DNA from: an uncultured Chloroflexia bacterium
GTDB taxonomy: Bacteria > Chloroflexota > Limnocylindria > Limnocylindrales > CSP1-4
Length of the DNA: 64,000 bases
Direction: 5' to 3'
Assembly: GCA_963752475.1 (NCBI GenBank)
Contig: CAVVYR010000004.1
Coordinates: 96,001 to 160,000 of the forward strand
The first letter of the stretch is position 1; the number at the start of each line of letters is the position of its first letter. A program made the position numbers and the translations under genes. The notes beneath the pieces were generated by a model that was not told where the DNA came from, ran no database searches, and saw only the letters and a program-made list of their open reading frames with translations. Below, in pieces: positions 1 through 8,737 of this stretch.

Positions 1-636
1 TTGCCAGGGGCGAGCGGCTCGAGCATCACGAACCAGCCCATCGTCTGCCACGTGGTTTCGCCTGCGGGCATGCCGAAGATGTTGTCCTCGGGCATCTCGA
101 GGGTGAAGGGATCATCCATGACCCAGGCCGAACCGCCGACCGGGATGTCCCTGCCGTCGACGTTGATGCGGGGATTCGTGATGAACATCGCTTCATCAAG
201 GGTCTGGGCGGTGAGTTCCTCGGCGGGCGTGTCCTGCGACCCGTTTCCGGCACCGCCGGGTGTCGATCAGCACGTACTGATCGGGCTGGATCTCACACTC
301 GTAGTGCGCGGTCGCGCCGAACATCCCGTTACTCAGGTGGAAGACCGGGCCACCCTGCAACGCCTGGCAATCATTCTGCGGCCCGTAGTGCTCGTCGAAC
401 GGCGTGCCCAAGAACCACTCGTCGCGCTTGCGCACCCAGTGCGAGATGGGCTCGCCAGCCACGAGCTCGCCCATGGGCACGACGCCGAAGTCTCCGGCGT
501 CGAGCACGTCGATGCAGTACAGGCAGGTGCCATCCTCCTCGGACCCCATCTCGTCGTCCTGGGCGAAGACGGCCGTGCTACCGACCATCGAAATCGCCGC
601 GACCAGCGCAGCACCCATGGCGAATCGCTTCTTCAC
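1..636 (-). CDS. Secreted hypothetical protein, frameshifted near 265, runs off the window edge
   Basis: Signal peptide MKKRFAMGAALVAAISMVGSTAVFA|QDD and upstream GGAGG. After a shift near 265 the protein-like reading continues TPGGAGNGSQDTPAEEL...GWFVMLEPLAPG to position 1. Confidence 0.65.
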
Positions 637-760
637 GCGTAGTTACCTCCCGCCCCCCACAGTCGAACTCTTCTGTTGCCGCGGCGAGGCGACCACTGAG
701 GCCGCTCTCACCTGTATGGGTACTGGGCGTCCGGAATGGTTCCCGATTCGCGCAAGAGGA

Positions 761-787
761 CCGGGCCGGCCGCGCTGGCCGACCCGG
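761..787 (-). terminator. GC-rich hairpin downstream of the beta-helix gene, possible intrinsic terminator
   Basis: CCGGGCCGGCC-GCGCT-GGCCGACCCGG inverted repeat followed on the minus strand by TCCTCTT. Confidence 0.4.
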
Positions 788-810
788 CAGAGTCGCGGTG
801 ACTGGTGCTG

Positions 811-2229
811 CTACTCGGAGGTCGCGTCGTCGCAGGACAGGTCGCTGCTACGGTCCGGCAGCTCATCGCGGCTGGATGTGACATCGAACTCGTTGGAGCA
901 GTAGGTATTGCTGATGAAGGTGGGCTCGGTTGTGCCGATGAGGCTGACGCCGATGACGTTGCCCTCGATGTCGTTGGAGTCCAGCGTCGGCGCGCCGCTC
1001 ACGATGTGGATACCTGTCTCGTTGCGCGAGAGCCCATTGCGCTCGAGCAACGAGTCGTTGGCGGCGAGGTCGATACCGACCTCGCTCAATGCCACGGTGT
1101 TCTGGACGACAGAGGCGTTCACGGTGCGAGGGATGTAGATCCCCAGGCGAGCGCTCTCGATGCTGTTGCTGGCGATGTTTAGGGTGGACTCCGAGGTGAG
1201 CGAGACTCCGTCGCCCGGAGCGATCGCCTTCTTGCGGTCGGCGATGGTGTTGTCCGAGATGGTCACCGCCGAATCGCCGAGCAGTATGATGCCCAGGTCG
1301 CCCTTGCCGTGGATGTGGTTGGCCGTGATGCTGGAGCCAGGCCCGAAGACGCCAGCGATGGAGGCGCCGTCAGTGAGCTCGTTGCGCTCGATGGTGGCCG
1401 CGCCGAAGACGCACAGCCCGGCGCCTGCCTCGAAGAGGCTGTCGCTGACCGATACCGTCGTCTCATCGTTGATGACGACTCCGCAGGTGTCCTCTGGGCC
1501 TGTGTCGCCGTACTGGAGCCCGATACCGTCGAACAGGACGTTCTCCACGACCGACGAGCCGGTGTCGACGAAGAGATGAGACGTCACGCCCGCCAACGTG
1601 AGGTCACGCAGTTGCACGTCGGCCCCACTGATGGCGATCGCATATGGCGACCGGGACATCCACGAGTAGTCGACCTCCCACTCGGGCCCGTCCTCGGGCG
1701 CGGTGACGACGATCTCATCTCTCGGGCCTTCGCCGTGGATGGTGAGGTCCTTGTCGACGACCACGGCCTCGTTGTAGGTGCCAGGCAGGATCGCGATGGT
1801 GTCTCCATCGACGGCGGCAGCCACGGCCTCGCCGATGGTGGTGAAGTGCCCGCTTCCGTCGGCGGCCACGGTGTGGTCGGCATCGGCGACCGCGCCAGGA
1901 GGTGGTGCCGGGCTGGTGTCGATGACGTTCACCGACAGGGCGATGATGGCAAGGGCGGCGGTGATGCCGGTCGCGCTGAGCATGAGTCTGGTCCTCCGGT
2001 TCGTGTTCAGGGGGTGGTCGTGCTCGGTGGTGCGGCGTCCCGCACCCTCGTCACGGTCGAGCCACCGCCCCAGGAGCCGGCGCCTGGTCTGGGGGGTCAC
2101 TGGGAATTCGTTTAGCAGTCGGTCGAGGCCGGCGTTGGCCTCATCGGGCGCGAGGTCGGTATCGGTCAGCCACGTGCTGACGCGGCCATCCATCTCGTGG
2201 TCCGGCCGGAGATCGCGTTCATCGGTCAT
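811..2229 (-). CDS. Putative anti-sigma membrane protein with extracellular right-handed beta-helix (pectin lyase-like/NosD) domain
   Basis: Short cytoplasmic N-terminus, one TM segment (LMLSATGITAALAIIALSV), HTVAADGSGHFTTIGEAVAAAVDGDTIAILPGTYNE motif, PbH1-like repeats; overlaps the sigma stop codon (ATGA). Confidence 0.7.
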   Translation of the reverse strand: MTDERDLRPDHEMDGRVSTWLTDTDLAPDEANAGLDRLLNEFPVTPQTRRRLLGRWLDRDEGAGRRTTEHDHPLNTNRRTRLMLSATGITAALAIIALSVNVIDTSPAPPPGAVADADHTVAADGSGHFTTIGEAVAAAVDGDTIAILPGTYNEAVVVDKDLTIHGEGPRDEIVVTAPEDGPEWEVDYSWMSRSPYAIAISGADVQLRDLTLAGVTSHLFVDTGSSVVENVLFDGIGLQYGDTGPEDTCGVVINDETTVSVSDSLFEAGAGLCVFGAATIERNELTDGASIAGVFGPGSSITANHIHGKGDLGIILLGDSAVTISDNTIADRKKAIAPGDGVSLTSESTLNIASNSIESARLGIYIPRTVNASVVQNTVALSEVGIDLAANDSLLERNGLSRNETGIHIVSGAPTLDSNDIEGNVIGVSLIGTTEPTFISNTYCSNEFDVTSSRDELPDRSSDLSCDDATSE

Positions 2230-2810
2230 GACGGTGCCCCCGTGCTGATCTCGTTCATGGCCGCGGAGCCACCGGTGGGCGGCCGCGTGTCAGCATCGAT
2301 CGAGGCGCGCATCGTCTGGAGCGCGCGGTAGAGGCGAGAGCGGGCGGTGCCCGGTGGGATATCGAGCGTGGCGGCCACCTCCTCGAGCGGCAGGCCCACC
2401 AGGTGGCGCAGCACCAGCACGGCCCGCTGGTCCACGGACAGCAGCCGAAACCCGCGGTCGATCAGCTCTCGGTCGGCGACCGGACCGATCTCGTCGGGCG
2501 CGACGGGCTCGCGCGGTGAGTCGATGGGCATGTTCGGCAGCCAGCGCTTGGCGCGCTTCGCTTCGGCGTAGCAGGCGTTGACCGTCAGGCGGTACGTCCA
2601 GGCCTCGAAGCGGGCAGGGTCGCGCAGCTTGGGCAGGTTGCGCCAGGCATCGAGCATGGCCTGCTGGACGGCGTCCTCGGCCAGGGCACGGTCGCGCAGG
2701 ATGCCGAACGCGAGCGAGTGCAGCCGGCCGTAGGTGGCCGCCGCGATCTCGGCGAACGCTGCCTGGTCCCCCCTCTGGGCCCTGTTGACGAGCTCTGCGT
2801 CCATATCCAT
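2226..2810 (-). CDS. ECF RNA polymerase sigma-70 factor
   Basis: Region 2 AEDAVQQAMLDAWRNLPKLRDPARFEAWTYR; region 4 EEVAATLDIPPGTARSRLYRA. Confidence 0.92.
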   Translation of the reverse strand: MDMDAELVNRAQRGDQAAFAEIAAATYGRLHSLAFGILRDRALAEDAVQQAMLDAWRNLPKLRDPARFEAWTYRLTVNACYAEAKRAKRWLPNMPIDSPREPVAPDEIGPVADRELIDRGFRLLSVDQRAVLVLRHLVGLPLEEVAATLDIPPGTARSRLYRALQTMRASIDADTRPPTGGSAAMNEISTGAPS

Positions 2811-2915
2811 GCCTTGCTGGCGCCAGCGGGTGTTGGCGCTTCACAGGGTATGAGCCCGACACAAGTCGAGACGACTCCATTTCCGCCATGTCTCACCGGT
2901 GATACACTGCACGAC

Positions 2916-3152
2916 ATGGCCGACGTGACGATCCGAGAGCTCCGCAACAAGGGTGGTGAGGTCATCGAACGCGTGATCGGAGGCGAGGTGCTGACGGTGA
3001 CCCGAGACGGGGTTCCGGTCGCTCAGCTGGTTCCACTGCCGCGCAAGCCATTGACCGCGGAAGCACTGCTGGAACGCCATCGCGGACTGCCTGCGCTCGA
3101 CCTGGATGAGATCCGGCGGGAGCTCGATTCGATCATCGACCCCACGCTGTGA
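2916..3152 (+). CDS. vapB: Phd/YefM family antitoxin (VapB-type)
   Basis: MADVTIRELRNKGGEVIERV...VTRDGVPVAQLVP; GTGA overlap with the PIN toxin. Confidence 0.85.
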   Translation: MADVTIRELRNKGGEVIERVIGGEVLTVTRDGVPVAQLVPLPRKPLTAEALLERHRGLPALDLDEIRRELDSIIDPTL

Positions 3153-3562
3153 CGCGCCCCGCGGTCGGCCTGCTGGACACGAGCGTGGTCATCCACCTGG
3201 AGGGGATCGATGAAGCAGGAACACTGCCTCGTCAGCCGCTGGTCTCCGCCATCACCCTGGCGGAGCTGTCGGTCGGGCCGCTGGTTGCGCCACCGGAGCA
3301 ACGCCCGGCGCGCCTGCGCCACATCCAGACGGTGGAGTCCGACGTCGACCCACTGCCATTCGACTCTCGTGCGGCGCGGGCCTTCGGCCACGTCGCGGCC
3401 TCCATGCGGCACCTCGGACGCAAGACGTCTGCCCGCACGTACGACGCCATGATCGCAGCGATCGCACTTGCCAATGGGCTACCGCTGTACACGTGCAATC
3501 CCCGCGACTTCGAGGGCATCGATGGCCTCGAAGTCATCGCTGTGCCGGTGCCGGGCCGATGA
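3149..3562 (+). CDS. vapC: PIN-domain toxin VapC
   Basis: LLDTSVVI, SAITLAEL, DAMIAAIA, LYTCNPRDF acidic PIN motifs. Confidence 0.9.
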   Translation: MTRPAVGLLDTSVVIHLEGIDEAGTLPRQPLVSAITLAELSVGPLVAPPEQRPARLRHIQTVESDVDPLPFDSRAARAFGHVAASMRHLGRKTSARTYDAMIAAIALANGLPLYTCNPRDFEGIDGLEVIAVPVPGR

Positions 3563-4608
3563 CCAGACGCAGGCTCATCGGGGCGCGGCGCGATCAGGGC
3601 CCGCAGTACCTGCTCATCACCATCGCCAGCTTCGCGGTCACGGTCGCCGCAACCCGCTGGTACCTGGACCTGTCCGGCTACCCCACGGTCGGCGGCGGTG
3701 AGCTCCACGTCGCCCACGCGCTGTGGGGCGGGCTGGCGCTCGTGGTCGCAGCGATCCTGCCCCTGCTCTGGGTCGGGCACCGCTCGCTGGTGCTCTCGGC
3801 CCTGCTCGCGGGCCTCGGCGTGGGGCTCTTCATCGATGAGATCGGCAAGTTCCTGACCACATCGACCGATTACTTCTTCGCACCCGCGGCGCCGATCATC
3901 TACGGCGCCCTCCTGTTGCTCGTCCTGCTCTGGCTGCTGCTCAGGCGCTCGAGTGGTGATGCCCTCGACGCCACGCATGCGGTCATCGACTCCCTCGGTC
4001 ACGCGGTCGATGGTCGCCTCACCGCAGGAGAGCGCGATCGAGTGATCCAGCTGCGGCACGACGCGGGCGAGCCGATCCCCGGCGGGATCCATGCCCAGCT
4101 GCTGGCATTGCTGGAGTCGCAGGCCATCGAGAACCGGCTGGTCACAGCCGGGCCGCTCGCCAGCGGGAAGGCCCGGCGCTGGCTCGAGCGCTGGCTGCCG
4201 ATCCGGCTCGAACGTTTGGTGGTCTACGCCGGCCTCACGCTCTCGGTCCTGACGGCGCTCGTCTCAGGGCTCGGCTTGGTCGCGCTCACCACGATGCCTG
4301 ACGCGAACTTGCTACAGGACATCGACGCCGGGCGCATCGAGTTCCCGGACGATCTGCGTTGGATACTCGTGATGCTGGGCATCTACGTGGTTACCGGCGT
4401 CACGGCCATGATCGCCCTGGCGCTCCGAGTGCGCGGCTCGAGACGCTGGCTGGATGCGGCGCTCGCAGCGGTGCTCCTCGACCTCGTGGTGGGCGAACTG
4501 GTGGCCTTCTACGCGGCCCAGTTCACCGCCCTCGCGAGCGCGGTCTGGGGCGTGATCCTGCTCGGGCTGATCGTCGACCTTCGGATCCGCGAACGCTCCA
4601 ACTGGTAG
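3559..4608 (+). CDS. Multi-pass membrane protein of unknown function
   Basis: About 8-9 hydrophobic segments; ELHVAHALWGG and GLFIDEIGKF motifs; ATGA overlap with vapC. Confidence 0.75.
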   Translation: MTRRRLIGARRDQGPQYLLITIASFAVTVAATRWYLDLSGYPTVGGGELHVAHALWGGLALVVAAILPLLWVGHRSLVLSALLAGLGVGLFIDEIGKFLTTSTDYFFAPAAPIIYGALLLLVLLWLLLRRSSGDALDATHAVIDSLGHAVDGRLTAGERDRVIQLRHDAGEPIPGGIHAQLLALLESQAIENRLVTAGPLASGKARRWLERWLPIRLERLVVYAGLTLSVLTALVSGLGLVALTTMPDANLLQDIDAGRIEFPDDLRWILVMLGIYVVTGVTAMIALALRVRGSRRWLDAALAAVLLDLVVGELVAFYAAQFTALASAVWGVILLGLIVDLRIRERSNW

Positions 4609-4663
4609 TGGCGACGATCCAGCTGCGTTGACGAGTCGGTCGGCACAGCCCTACGCTCGCGGC

Positions 4664-5995
4664 ATGTCGTCGGTCGTCTTCCCTGCGCAGCCGCCGTTCA
4701 CGCTGCGAGCCCGCCTGCTGAGCCCCCTGCAGGACGGGGACTACCTGTGGCTGGCCGATGGAGTCATCGAGGTCGACGATGCCGGGCGCATCCGTTCGGT
4801 GCGGGCAGCTGCCGATGCCCCGCGTGCCGCCGAGACCGCCATCGACCTGCGCCCTCTCGTGGTCATGCCCGGCCTCGTCGACACGCACGTGCATCTCCCG
4901 CAGGTGCCGGCGGCCGGTCTCGGCGCGGGCATGGATCTGCTGAGCTGGCTGGAGCGCTACGTCTTCTCGCTCGAGCACGACTTCGACATCGCCGCGGCAC
5001 AGGAGCTGGCGCCGCAGGTATACGAGGCCATGGCCGCGGCCGGGACGACGACGTTCTCCGGCTACGCCGCGATCTGGCCCGAGTCCACGGACGCCTGCTT
5101 CCACGCCGCCGAGGAACACGGTATCCGGGCCACCATCGGCAACGTGCTCATGGACCGCGTCACCTACGACGACCGCACGCCACCGGCCCATATCCTGCAG
5201 AACGCCATCCGCGCGTCCGGCGAGCTCTGCGAGCGCTGGCATGGCGCCGCCGAGGGCCGCCTTCGCTACGCCTTCACGCCCCGCTTCGCGGTCGCCTGCA
5301 CCGCGGACATGCTGCGCGAGTCGGCCTCACTCGCCGAGCACTACGGCGCCACCTGGCAAACGCACCTCTCGGAGGACGCGCGCGAGATGGCCACGGTAGC
5401 GGAGCACTTTCCCGAGGCGAGCGACTACCTCGACGTGTACGACCAGGCGGGCGGCCTCGGGCGCAAGGCGCTTCTTGCCCACTCCATCCACCTCTCGGAC
5501 CGGGAGGTCGAGCGGATGGTCGAGACCGACTCGGCCGTGGCCCACTGTCCGGTCAGCAACATGTACATCCGCAGCGGCGTGATGCCCATCGGTCGTTACC
5601 TCGACGAAGGCCTGCGCGTGGGCCTGGGCACCGACGTGGCCGGCGCGCCGGAGCTCTCGGTCATCACTCAGATGCGCCTGGGCTTCTTCCAGCACAACTC
5701 CAGGGCCGTGGTCGTCGGCGATGAACGCTCGGCGCCCGATCCGCTCGAGTGGATCCGGCTGGGCACGCTCGGTGGTGCGGAGGCCCTGGGGCTCGAAGAC
5801 ATCATCGGCTCCATCGAGCCCGGCAAGGAGGCCGACATCATCGCGGTCGATCCGGAGCTGGGCCGCCCGCCGATGGCCAAACCGTGTCGCGACGTGGACG
5901 AGGTCGCCAGCCGCCTCATCTTCCGCGAGCGTGCCGGCATGGTTCGTGCCGCCTGGGTGCGCGGACGCCGGCTCGAGGGACCCCCGCAGGCGTAG
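4664..5995 (+). CDS. guaD: Amidohydrolase, guanine deaminase-like
   Basis: PGLVDTHVHLPQ, YAFTPRFAVAC, QTHLSE, AHSIHL, HCPVSN, GLGTDVAG motifs. Confidence 0.8.
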   Translation: MSSVVFPAQPPFTLRARLLSPLQDGDYLWLADGVIEVDDAGRIRSVRAAADAPRAAETAIDLRPLVVMPGLVDTHVHLPQVPAAGLGAGMDLLSWLERYVFSLEHDFDIAAAQELAPQVYEAMAAAGTTTFSGYAAIWPESTDACFHAAEEHGIRATIGNVLMDRVTYDDRTPPAHILQNAIRASGELCERWHGAAEGRLRYAFTPRFAVACTADMLRESASLAEHYGATWQTHLSEDAREMATVAEHFPEASDYLDVYDQAGGLGRKALLAHSIHLSDREVERMVETDSAVAHCPVSNMYIRSGVMPIGRYLDEGLRVGLGTDVAGAPELSVITQMRLGFFQHNSRAVVVGDERSAPDPLEWIRLGTLGGAEALGLEDIIGSIEPGKEADIIAVDPELGRPPMAKPCRDVDEVASRLIFRERAGMVRAAWVRGRRLEGPPQA

Positions 5996-6004
5996 CATCC
6001 CGAC

Positions 6005-7484
6005 ATGGCACTGCTGGGCATCGACCTGGGCACCTCGGGGGTGAAGGCCGTCGTCATCGACGAGTCCGCCCAGGTGTTGGGTATCGGCTTTCGTGAGATC
6101 CCCATGGAAGTGCCCCAACCCGGTCGTGCCGAGCAGGATCCCGCGGCCTGGTGGTCGAACACCGTCATGGCCGTGCGCCAGGCACTCCACGAGGCGGGCA
6201 ACCCCGAGATCGCCGGGGTCGGCTGCGATGGCCATATGCACGGCGGCGTGCTGCTCGATGCCTCGGCCAGGCCGGTCGGCCGCGCCATCACCTGGGCCGA
6301 CCAGCGGGCCGCGGAGCTGATCCCCGAGCTCGAGTCCGACATCGGGATCGAGACCTTCCTGGCGGTCGCGGGGACGCGACCCGCGGCCGGCTTCATGGGC
6401 CCCACGATGGCCTGGCTTCGACGCCACGAGCCAGAGCGACTCGATGCCGCAGCCACGTTCGTCCTGCCCAAGGACTACCTGCGGCTCCACCTCACGGGCA
6501 GCGTCGGGACCGACATCAGCGATGCCTCGGGTACGGCCATGTTCGACGTCGGCGCGCGCACCTGGTCGGCCGAGCTGACCGAACGCCAGGGAGCACCCAC
6601 CTCCATCCTGCCGCCGCTCCTCGAGTCGGCCGACCGGGCCGGGACGTTGACGCCGAAGGCTGCCATCGAGCTGGGCCTGTCAGCGGGGATCCCGGTCGCG
6701 GCCGGCTGCTCGGACCAATGCGCCCAGGCCGCCGCGAACGGGCTGGTCGACCGCACCACCGGCTCGGTCGCGCTGGGTACCGGGAGCACGATCGTGGTCG
6801 TCACGACCGAGCCCATGCCCGACCCCGCGGGCCGTATCCACACCTTCTGCCATGCCGCCCCACAGCGCTGGTATCAGCTCGGTGCGACGCTCTCGGCCGG
6901 GCTCTCGCTGCGCTGGCTGCGCGACCGATCTGCGGCTGACCTCGAGCAACCCCTACGCCGCCATGGGGACGTCTGCGGCGAAGGTCGCGCCAGGCTCGGA
7001 CGGACTCGTCTTCATCCCCTACCTCGTCGGCGAGCGCTCACCGATCATGGAGCCGGAGGCAACGGGCGCGTTCGTGGGCCTCAAGTACAGCCATCGGCGC
7101 GCCCACCTCACTCGCGCAGTGATGGAGGGCGTGGCCTGCTCGTTGCGCGCGACGCGTGATGCGGTGGTGGCAGCCGGTGGCGACTGCGAACGCTGGCTGG
7201 CGGTCGGCAACGGCCTCTCATCACCGATCTGGCGCAGCATCGTTGCCGACGTCTACGACGAGCCGCTCCACTTCGTGGCCGCTCCCGAGCGAACGGCCGT
7301 AGGCGCAGCCCTCATCGGCGGCATCGCGGCTGGCGCCTATGGCGGCTACGAGGAGGTGGCGGATGTGGCGCGGCCGCCGCTGCACACGACGGAGCCCGAC
7401 CCCGAGCGCGTGCGCATCTACGAGGACGTGTACGGGCGCTACTCGCGACTCGCGAAGCTGCTGCTGGAGGAAGGGCGCGCCTAG
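6005..7484 (+). CDS. xylB: Xylulokinase/FGGY carbohydrate kinase, frameshift near 6930
   Basis: LGIDLGTSGVK, GHMHG, SDASGT in 6005..7159; FIPYLVGERSP and RAVMEGVA in the 6852..7484 frame. Confidence 0.75.
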
Positions 7485-7488
7485 GGCG

Positions 7489-7953
7489 CTACTGGCCGAG
7501 AGCCGGCTTCCAAACCATCAGCGCCAGCACCGCCAGCACCAGGAGCAGCAGGGCTGCGCCGGCGAACATCATGCGCGTCACAGCGGAGGTGAGCTCCGGG
7601 GGCGGGCCGTCAGGGCCGGCCGGCTGCTCGGTGAACGCGATGATCCTGTTGACCGCGGGCCGCTGCACGAAGAAGACGACGCCGAGGGCGATGAAGTAGA
7701 GCAGCATGGCGATCGAGAGCCAGCGGGCGGACCACTCGGTGCCACCGGTCTGCACGAGCATCGCACCAGTGATGAATATCAGGATCGCGAACGGGATGAT
7801 GATGAGGTTGGTGACACGCTTGGCGGCCTTGGTGAACCAGTGGCTGTGCTGTGGCTCTCGTGCGCTGGCCATGCCGAAGATGGGTGCATAGAAGCCGTAG
7901 CCGAAAGCCGCGATAGCGCAGAGGACATGCAGGAACATCCACAGTTGGAACAT
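7489..7953 (-). CDS. DUF2269-like four-TM membrane protein
   Basis: LFLHVLCAI-type start, ITGAML, WL, C-terminal LMVWKP. Confidence 0.7.
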   Translation of the reverse strand: MFQLWMFLHVLCAIAAFGYGFYAPIFGMASAREPQHSHWFTKAAKRVTNLIIIPFAILIFITGAMLVQTGGTEWSARWLSIAMLLYFIALGVVFFVQRPAVNRIIAFTEQPAGPDGPPPELTSAVTRMMFAGAALLLLVLAVLALMVWKPALGQ

Positions 7954-8088
7954 GCCCTCGATGGTAGCGCCGAGGGAAAGCCCGGTGTGGCTGGTCCCGC
8001 GTTGGTGTGAGTGGCCCCGTGTCGGCGTGGGTGGTACTACGTCGGCGAGGCTCGTCCGCGAGCATCGGCTCCTCGTGGTCTGGCCACC

Positions 8089-8718
8089 CTAGTCGTCGTG
8101 GACTTCGCCGCTCAGGGCCTCCCGACCTTCCCGAACGAGCAGGACGACGATGGCCAGTGCCGCGACCGGGTCAGCCCACCACCAACCGAGAAGCGCGTTG
8201 AGCGCGAGGCCGGCCAAGGCCACGGCGGACAGATACCAGCAGGCGCGGGTCTGGTGCGAGTCCGCGATCAGCGCTCGACTGCCCAGCGCCTCCCCGACGC
8301 GGAGCTTGGCATTGGCCAGCCAGAGCATGACGCCGATCGACACTGCGGTGAGGACGATGCCGACCGGGCTGGCGTCCGGCGCCTCGGCCGTGATGAGCGT
8401 TCTGACCGACTCGAAGGCGACGTAGGCCGCGAGGATCATGAACGAGACGCCGACGAGCAGCTCCGCTCGTCGTTCGACGCGTTCGATGCCCTCTTCGTCG
8501 AGGCGGCCCTGCTCTTCGGTCCGCAACCGCCAGATGAGCACGACGCCGGAGATGGTCTCGACGATGCTGTCGACGCCGAAGGCGATGAGGGCGATCGATC
8601 CGCTGGCCAGGCCGGCGAGGATGGCCACCAGCCCCTCGATGACGTTCCAGCCGACGGTCAGGTATTCGAGCAGCAGCCCACGCCGGATGAGCGACGGGCG
8701 TGCCAAGGACGGGTCCAT
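8089..8718 (-). CDS. Cation efflux (CDF/TMEM163-like) transporter
   Basis: LEYLTVGWNVIEG, IAFGVDSIVE, ALIADS, GWWWADPVAAL. Confidence 0.8.
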   Translation of the reverse strand: MDPSLARPSLIRRGLLLEYLTVGWNVIEGLVAILAGLASGSIALIAFGVDSIVETISGVVLIWRLRTEEQGRLDEEGIERVERRAELLVGVSFMILAAYVAFESVRTLITAEAPDASPVGIVLTAVSIGVMLWLANAKLRVGEALGSRALIADSHQTRACWYLSAVALAGLALNALLGWWWADPVAALAIVVLLVREGREALSGEVHDD

Positions 8719-8737
8719 CGGCATTACGATACGCGGC

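Noticed and set aside
6005-7484. Programmed frameshifting in the xylulokinase, ligase or FGGY kinase genes
   Set aside because: No slippery heptamers seen at the breaks; scattered indels fit sequencing error better.
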